DNA of 56,214 nt, counting the filler, from Lentisphaeria bacterium (GTDB lineage Bacteria; Verrucomicrobiota; Lentisphaeria; JABSQK01; JAWLHB01): the NCBI GenBank assembly GCA_041690595.1. It is 10 parts of 10 records of this genome, joined end to end, with 100 filler letters (N's around TTAATTAATTAA, not from the genome) between each part and the next. Parts side by side here need not be neighbours in the genome. Positions count along the whole stretch, not along the records: positions 1 to 8,078 come from JAWLHB010000086.1; positions 8,179 to 15,989 come from JAWLHB010000088.1; 8 more parts are not named here. One strand, given 5' to 3'. A program made the translations under genes and the position numbers. Shown one piece after another: positions 1-8,401 of the stretch. The notes under the pieces are model-generated. The model saw only the letters and a program-made list of their open reading frames with translations, was not told where the DNA came from and did not search any database. Each line of letters starts with the position of its first letter. The first letter of the stretch is position 1.

Positions 1-158
1 CTCAGCTTCAATTTCGGCTTCATCGCCACCTCCCTGGGTTGCCATACCATAGACGATCAAGGTACCGCTGTCCATTTAAATAATCAAATCCCATCAGGGG
101 TTGCGTCCACCGCGGCTCTTTCGTTCTCGTGCCCGCAACGCGGAAGAGTTCGGTCCGC

Positions 159-1256
159 TCAGTGCCCGTTCATCTCGGACACCCAGTCGAGGATGCCACG
201 CTGCAGCTTGTCGTGACGCGTCTCGTCCGTCACGTGATCGAGATACTTCTTGAACAGGGTGAAGAAGGCCTCCCGGAAGTCGTGAATCAGCATGATCCGC
301 TCCTGGAAGTGGGAGTTGGCATCCAGCGACTCGCCCGGCGGCAGCGTCAACCCGCTGAAGAGGAAGTTTTCCGCGTCGAGCGTAAAGGTCCAGTTGTCAT
401 TGGCGCGCGCAATCGTGAACTTCGCCTTCTTCAGCTTCTTGCCCACCAGCAACGCAGCCTTCGCTTCGGCGCTGTTCGTCGGTGTCCCCTTGCGCACCAC
501 CGATTCCACGGCGCTGCTCGTCTCACCCACGAAGGTGAGCGGGCCGTCGATCGCGACGGCGAAGGCACCCAGCCGCTCTACCTGGAAGACGCCGCCACCG
601 ATCTCCTGGAAGTACCAGAGCCACGTCGCGAAGTCCCGACCGAGAAAATTGTCGCTGTCGTCCGCCGGCACTTCCGGCGAAAAGGTGAGGGCGGAGATAT
701 CCAGTGGATTGACCCCGAAGAGATGCTCTGCCGCGGCTTCCGGCCCCAGATGGATCGGATCCAGCTCCACGGTCCGGCCGAACTCGCCGAGAAAGCCGTC
801 CAGCTTGCTGACCGCGCTGCAGGCGACATAGAGAAGCTGGGTCGCCGGATCGGCCACAAAGGCTATCCCGGAGAGGGTCGGCGGCATCTGCTTGATCAGC
901 CGGTCGTTGATCGCATCCTTGATCTCCTTCTTCTGCTTCCGCGACAGACGCTGCGTGTTCAGTGCCTGCATCATCGCCAGCTCCTCCACCGCGCACTCCG
1001 CCTTGAAGAGTGAGGGCGGAATCTTGCGTTGTGCCGTCCGCAGGACCAGATGGAGGTAACCGGCCGTGAAAGCCGTCTCCTGGGTCAGGTTGGTGTCGAG
1101 CATGTGCCGACCCGTCACCCAACCGATCTTCGGCAGTTCCGCCACGTTGGCAAGGGGGCCGGCCGCTTTGGCAATGAAGAGGTCGAGCACGTCTTCCGGC
1201 AGCTCGCGTGGGATCCGGCAGATGGCCAGGCTGATGTTTCCAGAGTCAAAAGGCAT
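159..1256 (-). CDS. rdgC: Recombination-associated protein RdgC family
   Basis: Probable start MPFDSG at 1256. Motifs IGWV, LR..RKIPPS, KKEIK, FLGRDFATWLWY and EAKAALLVGKK resemble RdgC-like proteins. Confidence 0.75.
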   Translation of the reverse strand: MPFDSGNISLAICRIPRELPEDVLDLFIAKAAGPLANVAELPKIGWVTGRHMLDTNLTQETAFTAGYLHLVLRTAQRKIPPSLFKAECAVEELAMMQALNTQRLSRKQKKEIKDAINDRLIKQMPPTLSGIAFVADPATQLLYVACSAVSKLDGFLGEFGRTVELDPIHLGPEAAAEHLFGVNPLDISALTFSPEVPADDSDNFLGRDFATWLWYFQEIGGGVFQVERLGAFAVAIDGPLTFVGETSSAVESVVRKGTPTNSAEAKAALLVGKKLKKAKFTIARANDNWTFTLDAENFLFSGLTLPPGESLDANSHFQERIMLIHDFREAFFTLFKKYLDHVTDETRHDKLQRGILDWVSEMNGH

Positions 1257-1434
1257 GGATGGATAGGTGCTCCGTCGAAGGTCTTGGGTTACTATGTCTT
1301 GTGGCAACAATGGTGGCTGACGCACCGTCCGTCAAGCAGCCGATGGAACAATAGCAGAGCTTTCCTTGTCTGACTTGGATGCTAACGTACTGAACCTCCG
1401 AACACCGGGGGTGAGTTTCAACAAGGGGAAGGTG

Positions 1435-3126
1435 ATGGGGGAGTGCAGGACGTCTCGCGTTATTTCGGTTTTTCTGGTACTTTTTCTGGTTCTGACCGGG
1501 TGTAGCGCCAGCCGCTACAAACAGAAAGCGGATACCGATGTCTACCGCATCATCGAGCAGAAGCAGCGGGATGTCTTCGGCCACGACCAACCCTTCAGCA
1601 TCGAGACCGAGTGGAGCCAACGGCCTCCAGAGGAGATTCCTCCCGAAGAGATCATTGCCAGTCGCGACAGCACCGGCTCTCTTACTCTTGACCTGCCCGA
1701 ATCGCTCAAGTACGCGGTCATCAACAACCGCACCTATCAGACCCGCAAGGAAAACCTCTACCTCGCGGCCCTCGCACTCACCGCCGAACGTTATCTCTTC
1801 GAGCCGCGATTCGATCATTCCGCCGAGGCCGGCATCAGTCGGCTCAGCAACGATGAGCGCGTCAACTTCTCCAACCGCTTCAGCGTCGCGCAGCTCCTCG
1901 AGCGAGGCACCAGCGTTGGCCTCAGCATCGTCAACGAGCTCGCCGCCTTCACGACCGGCGATCCCCGACGCACCGCCACCACGCTTCTCTCGGTAAACCT
2001 CGTGCAGCCCCTGTTGCGCGGCTATGGCGCCGATATCGTCGCCGAAAACCTGACTCAGGCCGAGCGAAATGTCATCTACGAGATTCGCGCCTTCACCCGC
2101 TATCAGCGTACCTTCGCCGTTGACATCACCTCCCGCTACTACCGCCTCCTCCAGCAGCAGGATACCGTGCGCAACGAATGGAGCAACTACCAGAACCTCA
2201 TCCGTGCCCGGCAGCGCGCCGAAGCTCTCTCCGTCGACAGGCTCCCCGAGTTTCAGGTTGACCAGACCAAGCAGGACGAACTCCGCGCCCGCAATCGCTA
2301 CATCGACGCGGTTGAGCAATACCGCGCCTCCCTCGACGAATTCAAGCTCCTCCTCGGCATGCCGCTCAGCATGCGACTCTCTCTCGATCCCACCGCCCTC
2401 GCCGAGTTGGCCGACATGGGTTTGCCCCCCGTGCCGCTCACCGAGGCAACCGCCATTCAGATGGCGCTCGCCAATCGACTCGACCTCATCAATACCGTCG
2501 ATCGCTTTGACGACTCCAAGCGGAAGATCCTTGTCGCCGCGGATGCCCTCAAGGGCAACCTCGACTTCTTCGCCGAAGCCAGCCTCATCAGCGATCCCAA
2601 TGACCAGCTCGCCAGATTCAACGCCGACGATTGGGTCGGACGGGCAGGATTCCGCTTCAAACTCCCGCTCGACAAGCTCCGCGAAAGAAATGCCTACCGG
2701 CGCACCTTCATCGACTTCGAGCGCCAGTTGCGCGAGCTTTCACTCGCCGTGGATGAGATCCGGGATGATGTCCGCGGCGCCCTGCGCGTGCTCGAAAGCG
2801 CCCGGCAGAACTACCAGATCCAGCGCATCTCCGTCGATCTCGCCCGCCGCCGCGTGGAAAGCGCCAACCTGCTCCTGGAAGCTGGACGGGCTGAGACGCG
2901 CGACCTGCTCGAAGCCCAGAATGCCATGGTTCAAGCTCAGAACGCCTTGACGCGTGCCCTCGTTGACTACCATCTGGCACGGCTCGGGCTACTGCGCGAC
3001 CTCGGTATGCTCGATCTGGTTCCCACGGGGTTGGAGAGCCGCCTTGATGAAGCTGGTACTGAAGCACCGCTGCCGGTGCCCGGTGACGGAGAGGAGCAAC
3101 TGCTCACCCCGGATGAACTCTTCTGA
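1435..3126 (+). CDS. TolC-family outer-membrane efflux lipoprotein
   Basis: Lipobox LTGC followed by repeated OEP-type helical segments (QPLLRG, DLLEAQNA). Confidence 0.85.
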   Translation: MGECRTSRVISVFLVLFLVLTGCSASRYKQKADTDVYRIIEQKQRDVFGHDQPFSIETEWSQRPPEEIPPEEIIASRDSTGSLTLDLPESLKYAVINNRTYQTRKENLYLAALALTAERYLFEPRFDHSAEAGISRLSNDERVNFSNRFSVAQLLERGTSVGLSIVNELAAFTTGDPRRTATTLLSVNLVQPLLRGYGADIVAENLTQAERNVIYEIRAFTRYQRTFAVDITSRYYRLLQQQDTVRNEWSNYQNLIRARQRAEALSVDRLPEFQVDQTKQDELRARNRYIDAVEQYRASLDEFKLLLGMPLSMRLSLDPTALAELADMGLPPVPLTEATAIQMALANRLDLINTVDRFDDSKRKILVAADALKGNLDFFAEASLISDPNDQLARFNADDWVGRAGFRFKLPLDKLRERNAYRRTFIDFERQLRELSLAVDEIRDDVRGALRVLESARQNYQIQRISVDLARRRVESANLLLEAGRAETRDLLEAQNAMVQAQNALTRALVDYHLARLGLLRDLGMLDLVPTGLESRLDEAGTEAPLPVPGDGEEQLLTPDELF

Positions 3127-3265
3127 GTTTGTGGCGGGGGCTGCTGCCTGCGAGCGAAAGGTTGGCGTTTGTTTCCTTGCTGCGTTATTGCCTATAGCTC
3201 TTCTTTATGCTATAATCGCCACGCATATGAACGTAATGTTTGCAAGTGTCAAAGGAGAGAGGCTC

Positions 3266-4144
3266 ATGTTCGGAGTAAGGCGATTCGCATTTACCTTGCT
3301 GGAGCTGCTCATTGTAGTTATCGTTATCATGATCGTCGCGGCTCTGCTCGTGGGCAGTGTCATGCGTTCCCAGCAGGAAGCTCGCTATACCCGCTGGCTG
3401 GGATATTCCCGGGATCTGCGCACGGATGCCGATATCATCGCCTACTATGACTTCGAGGAGGGTGAAGGAAGCACCCTCGAAAATGTCGCTTTCGGCGATC
3501 CGGGCGACATCGACTATCGACCACCCGATTTCAACGGCTCCATCCATGGCGCCCAGTGGCGCCGCGATGAAGGACGATGGGTCGGCAAGTTCGGACTCCT
3601 CTTCGACGGCGTCGACGATTATGTCGCTCTCGGTCTGCAGGCTCGTAAGGGGGAGTTCGATAACCTGACCGTGCTCGCCTGGGTCAAGCCGGCGCGCGAT
3701 GCCGATCAGGCTGTCATCTCCCTGGATGGCAACGAGAATTGGGAACTCGGCTTTGACGCCGTGGGTGGCAGTCTGGCCGCCAGCTGGGTGACTACGGACA
3801 GGAATGGCAGCACGGCGCCCATGACCACCTCGCCCGCTTACGGCATCGGCAACTGGTACCTCCTCGTTGGCTGGTACTCCAGTGACGGCATTCTCATGGA
3901 CTCCAAGATCTATGTCAACGGTGAACAGGTCGCGGGCGCCAAGAAACACGATGGCGAAGCACTTGGGGCGGGAGTGGCTCGTGATATCACCTTCGGCTAT
4001 ATAGGCGTCGATTCCCAGGCCGCCTCCCGCGGCGGCGACCACGGTAGCAGATTCTTCGCCGGCGTGATTGACGAGATCGTCGTCTTCAAGCGCGTCCTCA
4101 CCGATGCCGAAATCACCGATTTCTACCGCATGGGTGGCCGCTGA
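3266..4144 (+). CDS. Prepilin-type N-terminal methylation protein with LamG/concanavalin-like domain
   Basis: AFTLLELLIV cleavage motif, LamG motifs FDGVDDYV and F.GVIDEIVVF.R.L, and an AAGGAG RBS before ATG 3266. Confidence 0.85.
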   Translation: MFGVRRFAFTLLELLIVVIVIMIVAALLVGSVMRSQQEARYTRWLGYSRDLRTDADIIAYYDFEEGEGSTLENVAFGDPGDIDYRPPDFNGSIHGAQWRRDEGRWVGKFGLLFDGVDDYVALGLQARKGEFDNLTVLAWVKPARDADQAVISLDGNENWELGFDAVGGSLAASWVTTDRNGSTAPMTTSPAYGIGNWYLLVGWYSSDGILMDSKIYVNGEQVAGAKKHDGEALGAGVARDITFGYIGVDSQAASRGGDHGSRFFAGVIDEIVVFKRVLTDAEITDFYRMGGR

Positions 4145-4151
4145 CCGCTGC

Positions 4152-5219
4152 CTAACTCAGCAGCAGAACCAGCAGCGCCGCGCCAGCCAGGATGATTCCC
4201 AGCAGCAGCACCACCACCACCGATATGATGAAGACCCGTTGTGCCGGGCTTAGATGTGAGCCGAACGATGCCATCGTCTCTCGCAGCGCCATCTTCAGCC
4301 CCGTGGCCAGCGACCGCGAACCGTCGTGCGCCTTCCGCAGATCCTCCTGCAACTCCTCCACCGTCTGGTAACGGCTCTCCGGCAGCTTCGCCATCATCTT
4401 CATGATGATCCGTGCAATGCTGGCCGGAATGGTGGGATCCACCAGCCGCGGATCCGGAACCGGATTGCGGATATGCTGTTCGAGCAGCTCCACGGCGCTG
4501 GGACCGGGGTAGGGGGCATGCCCCGTCACCATGTGGTAGAAGGTGGCGCCAAGCGCATAGATGTCGCTGCGCAGGTCCACATTCCGTGAATCCTGGGCCT
4601 GCTCCGGCGCCATGTAGGTAGGCGTCCCAAGGCTGGTCCCGATCTGGGTGTGGTTGCTGGACGTGTGAAGCTGCTTCGCAAAGCCCAGGTCGCTCAACTT
4701 GGCAATCAACCCCGCCTTGTCGACGATGATGTTGCTCGGCTTGATGTCCCGGTGGATGATGTGATGATCGCTCGCCGCTTTCAGCGCATCACCGATCTGC
4801 ATGATCAGGTCCACCGCGAAATCCAGGTCCAGAGCACCATGTTCGCGCAGCAGGCGCTGCAGGGTGTTCCCCTCCACGTACTCCATCACGATAAAATACT
4901 CGTCGTTGTCGATGCCGGCGTCGTAGACCCGTACCAGATGCGGATGATTGACCTTCGCCGCCGTTTGCGCTTCCAGCAGAAAACGCTGAAGATAGTCGGG
5001 CTTCTGCGCCACCGCCTGGCTCGAAAGGACCTTCACCGCGATGGGTATCTGCAACTCCGGATGATGCCCCAGCCAAACCTCTCCCGTCGCCCCGATACCG
5101 ATGCGGCCAGTCAGCAGGTACTTGCCCAGGTGCCGGACCACGATCTCTCCCGAGCGCAGCGTTTCATGCCGCCCCAGATTGCGTTCGGTGTCGTTCTTCG
5201 AGGATTCTTTATCGGTCAT
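4152..5219 (-). CDS. Hanks-type Ser/Thr protein kinase with C-terminal TM anchor
   Basis: GxGxxG (GIGATG), AVK, HRDIKPSN, DLG and GTPTYMAPE motifs, plus a hydrophobic C-terminus. Confidence 0.95.
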   Translation of the reverse strand: MTDKESSKNDTERNLGRHETLRSGEIVVRHLGKYLLTGRIGIGATGEVWLGHHPELQIPIAVKVLSSQAVAQKPDYLQRFLLEAQTAAKVNHPHLVRVYDAGIDNDEYFIVMEYVEGNTLQRLLREHGALDLDFAVDLIMQIGDALKAASDHHIIHRDIKPSNIIVDKAGLIAKLSDLGFAKQLHTSSNHTQIGTSLGTPTYMAPEQAQDSRNVDLRSDIYALGATFYHMVTGHAPYPGPSAVELLEQHIRNPVPDPRLVDPTIPASIARIIMKMMAKLPESRYQTVEELQEDLRKAHDGSRSLATGLKMALRETMASFGSHLSPAQRVFIISVVVVLLLGIILAGAALLVLLLS

Positions 5220-5245
5220 GGGGAAACACTCTCCTCAGTCACGCG

Positions 5246-6322
5246 TCAGCCCTCGTGATCGGCACTCTCCAGCAACTCGCGAACCAGCGCCGCGCGCGCC
5301 GCATTTCGCTCTTCGATATCCAACTCCCGCCCGAGATGCTTCTGAAGATGTCCCGACTGGCTGAGCAGTGTCAGCCTGTCCAGCTGCTGGCGCTCGAGGC
5401 GCGGCAGCATCCCCAGATCGACACCCAAGCGTACCGCCGATAGCAGATTCACCGCTTCGCTGCTGTCCAGGCGGAAGGCATGCCGCAGCAGCGCGTTCGC
5501 CCGGCTCACATAGTCGCACACCCACAGCGAACGCTCGCGCATCACCACCTGCCGCGCGCGGCGCTCCTGCGTGATCAAGTCACCCGTCACCTTGCAGAGC
5601 CGCCGCACGATCGTCTCGGCCGACTCGCCCAGCGTCGAACGGTTCGCCACTTCATAAAGATTCCCGCACGCTTCCTCGTCATTGACGAAGACGCTGCGCA
5701 TGCTCAAGTGCATCTGGTCGATCGCATTGGCCACCTGGTCCATCTGTTCCGCCAGGAGCAGCCCCGGGAGGTGCAGAACCACCCCCGCGCGAAGCCCGGT
5801 ACCTACATGCTCCGGCTGGGCCGTCAGGTAGCCCAACGGCGGCGTGTAGGCATACTCCAGCTCCTCCGCCAGCGCCGCGTCAAGCTCCGCCACCCGGCAG
5901 TAGAGCTTCCAGAGGTTCGCTCCCGGCCGCACCCCCTGTACGCAGACATGATCCTGGTCGTTGCTGGTGATCGACAGGCTCTGATCCGCGTTCACGAAGA
6001 GCGCGCAACCTTCCGCCGGCGCCGCTGGGCTCAGCTGGCTCAGACGCCGCTCGCAGAGTGCCAGACGGTCCAGCGAACTCAGGGTCGTGAGATCCAGCGT
6101 CCAGCCGCCATGGGGCACCTCTGTCGTCGCCACCGCCTCGGCGATGTTCAGCTGCAGCCGCCGGCGCACCGCGACCGATGCCTTGAGGGGAAACGGATGG
6201 CCTACGAGGTTGCGGCGAAACATCACCCGGCAGCCGAGCGCGATCGGATCCTCCGACTGCGCCCCGCTCAGCCACGGGGCCGCGCACGCGGTGAAGCCCT
6301 GGATTAGGTCCTGCTGGCGCAT
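5246..6322 (-). CDS. mcsB: McsB-like protein-arginine kinase (ATP:guanido phosphotransferase), catalytic motifs degenerate
   Basis: GYLT..P..VGTGLRA.V.LHLPGL, TLG.S and ERN..RA motifs; adjacent to mcsA. Confidence 0.85.
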   Translation of the reverse strand: MRQQDLIQGFTACAAPWLSGAQSEDPIALGCRVMFRRNLVGHPFPLKASVAVRRRLQLNIAEAVATTEVPHGGWTLDLTTLSSLDRLALCERRLSQLSPAAPAEGCALFVNADQSLSITSNDQDHVCVQGVRPGANLWKLYCRVAELDAALAEELEYAYTPPLGYLTAQPEHVGTGLRAGVVLHLPGLLLAEQMDQVANAIDQMHLSMRSVFVNDEEACGNLYEVANRSTLGESAETIVRRLCKVTGDLITQERRARQVVMRERSLWVCDYVSRANALLRHAFRLDSSEAVNLLSAVRLGVDLGMLPRLERQQLDRLTLLSQSGHLQKHLGRELDIEERNAARAALVRELLESADHEG

Positions 6323-6864
6323 CAGACCGCCTGCTCCCGGGTCAGCGTCGTCATCTCGTCTCGCAGATGCGCGGCGCGTTCATAATCCTCCACCGTGACC
6401 GCGTCCTGCAACTCGCGGCGAAGAAGATCGATCTGCAGATTGACCATCGGCGCATCATTGAGCGATGCCTGGCTCGGCCGCTCACCCGCGCGCGGCGGTT
6501 TTCCGATATGCGTCGTATCCCGATGCAGCTCCTCCAGCATATCCTCCAGCACGATCGCCATCGCGTCGTAGCATTCCGGGCAGCCAAGCGTGCCGCTCTC
6601 CTGGAAATCCTGTGCGGAGGTCCCGCACGAACCGCACGAAATATCCGGATAGACCGTTTCCTCAGCCTTGGCGCCCGGCAGCTTCTCCGCCAGCTCGCTG
6701 AAGGTGCTCAGAAACTCGCTCACCGTAAAGTCGCGCAGCACCTGCGTACTCAGATTCTTGCGCGCGGCGCAATCCCCGCACAGGTGCACCGACTTGCGTG
6801 CGCCGTTGATGATTTCCTGGATGTGGATCGTCGCCGACTGGCGATGGCAGATGTCGCAATTCAC
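6322..6864 (-). CDS. mcsA: McsA (CxxC motifs plus UVR domain)
   Basis: Four CxxC motifs, HIGK.P and a C-terminal UVR motif (EDYERAAHLRD). Probable GTG start at 6864. Confidence 0.9.
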   Translation of the reverse strand: MNCDICHRQSATIHIQEIINGARKSVHLCGDCAARKNLSTQVLRDFTVSEFLSTFSELAEKLPGAKAEETVYPDISCGSCGTSAQDFQESGTLGCPECYDAMAIVLEDMLEELHRDTTHIGKPPRAGERPSQASLNDAPMVNLQIDLLRRELQDAVTVEDYERAAHLRDEMTTLTREQAV

Positions 6865-6971
6865 CGATGTGCTTCCTGTTATGTGGCTGTTGAGCTGCCA
6901 GTACCATAGCACATGCAAGCAAATCTTCACCTGCGACTTCCGACATTGCAAATCGAGTCGCCGCCACAGCC

Positions 6972-7403
6972 TCAAAGACTTTGCAGCACCTCGCGATTGA
7001 AGCCGCCAACAAAAGCATCCAGCTCCTTGTCGGACCTGTAGACCGCCGCTCTGGCGCTGACACGCAGTTCCACCCGCCCCATCAACACCCAGACCCAGCG
7101 GTCCTCCGTCCGCATCGCCGGCAGTCCATTGCAGCTCTCGCGGTACGACTGCGCATACTCCTTCGTCATCTCCTCATGCACAATGACCTGAATCCAGAGC
7201 AGGTTCCGGCCGCTCGCCGGATCCTGGGCATGAATCGACAGAAAGCCCGCTCCCCGCAGCAGTCGCCACTCGAAATCCCCCGCCGGCAGGCTCTCACGAA
7301 TAACCGCCTCCGTTGCCGGGTCAATCTCCGCTCCACCCGCCACCAGGCAGAAGGCCATCAACCCTACCATGCCACAAATCAGATAACGAAGCATGAGAAC
7401 CAT
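6972..7403 (-). CDS. Hypothetical secreted protein
   Basis: 143-aa ORF with a signal-peptide-like N-terminus. Confidence 0.6.
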   Translation of the reverse strand: MVLMLRYLICGMVGLMAFCLVAGGAEIDPATEAVIRESLPAGDFEWRLLRGAGFLSIHAQDPASGRNLLWIQVIVHEEMTKEYAQSYRESCNGLPAMRTEDRWVWVLMGRVELRVSARAAVYRSDKELDAFVGGFNREVLQSL

Positions 7404-7530
7404 CCCGATAAACCGATTTCACCACCTTTCCAAAGCTATTCCCCCCACCTCCCCAATGCAAGCCCCCTCCGCGTGGGGCCACTGGCGATGTGTGGAGAAT
7501 TTCCAGAATGGCAAGCCTTGCCGTTTCACC

Positions 7531-7614
7531 TTCAGTCTCACGAAGCGCACTTACAGTCTCATTCATTGGTGCATTCGGGTCATTTACAGTCTCATCTGGC
7601 CTATCTACAGTCTC
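7531..7614. repeat. Four phased direct repeats of core CAGTCTC
   Basis: CAGTCTC starts at 7533, 7554, 7587 and 7608 (spacing 21/33/21). Confidence 0.7.
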
Positions 7615-7983
7615 TCGAGCACTCGGCTGACCACCTCGTCGACGGACGCCGTCGTGACGATCTCGCAGGCGGCGCGTCGGCGCAACAGGGGCTCGATCTC
7701 CTCTCTGTTCCGCGTAATAATGGTGGCAGATTGGTCCTCATTTTCATGCTGTTCGGGGCCGTGCATATCAAAGATTGTGCCTATTGCTGCCGGGGTGCGT
7801 GAGAAACTTGCGGAGTTGCCGATTAATAAGTGGACCACCCGAATACTGCCAGCAAAAGGACGAATCAGATGGACAAGAAAGTGAAGATCCTGTGGGAGTG
7901 CCGTCATTGGGGGAGCCTGTGGCTACCGCTGCCGGATGATCTGTTTGTCGCCGCCAGGGAGGACGACCTGCCGCTGTCCCTAG

Positions 7984-8078
7984 CCCAACTTCAGCATAAG
8001 TGACGGCTGAAATGGCGATTTTTGAGCCTTTTGTGCGGACCACAGGCTCAAGCGGTTTCATTTCTGGCGAAATAGTGA
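7984..8078. mobile_element. IS terminus (IR CCCAACTTCAGCA) at contig end, CTAG target
   Basis: Has the same 13-bp terminal IR as the other IS end seen in contigs 2 and 3. Confidence 0.7.
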
Positions 8079-8178
8079 NNNNNNNNNNNNNNNNNNNNNN
8101 NNNNNNNNNNNNNNNNNNNNNNTTAATTAATTAANNNNNNNNNNNNNNNNNNNNNNNNNNNNNNNNNNNNNNNNNNNN
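8079..8178. other. Artificial contig spacer (N + TTAATTAATTAA); identical spacers at 15990, 23827, 30118, 35619, 40704, 45581, 49660 and 53602
   Basis: 100-bp N linker with stop codons in all six frames. Confidence 0.99.
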
Positions 8179-8274
8179 ATGAAGCCTCAACGATCCTGGC
8201 ATACCCCAGAGAGCCAGGAGTGACGAAAAATGAAACACTCAGCCTCAAAATCATCGAAAAGTGCTGAAGTTGGG
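8179..8274. mobile_element. IS terminus, reverse complement of 23732-23826, TTAG target
   Basis: ~95-bp identity with the contig 3 end; finishes TGCTGAAGTTGGG. Confidence 0.8.
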
Positions 8275-8401
8275 TTAGCGCCCCGCTGGAGTTGTGACAT
8301 GACACTCGGGCCAAGTGGACTATACTACCTTCAGCACGCATCCGCCGTTCCGCACGTTCTCGCCCCTTCTCCATCAACCTCCTATCCCAGGCCTCCCGCG
8401 C

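Noticed and set aside
1..75. Possible gene start on the minus strand (MDSGTLIVYG...)
   Set aside because: Only 25 codons are visible, too few to assign.
7531..7614. Possible mini-CRISPR array
   Set aside because: The repeats are only 7-11 bp with short unequal spacers, and there are no cas genes in the window.
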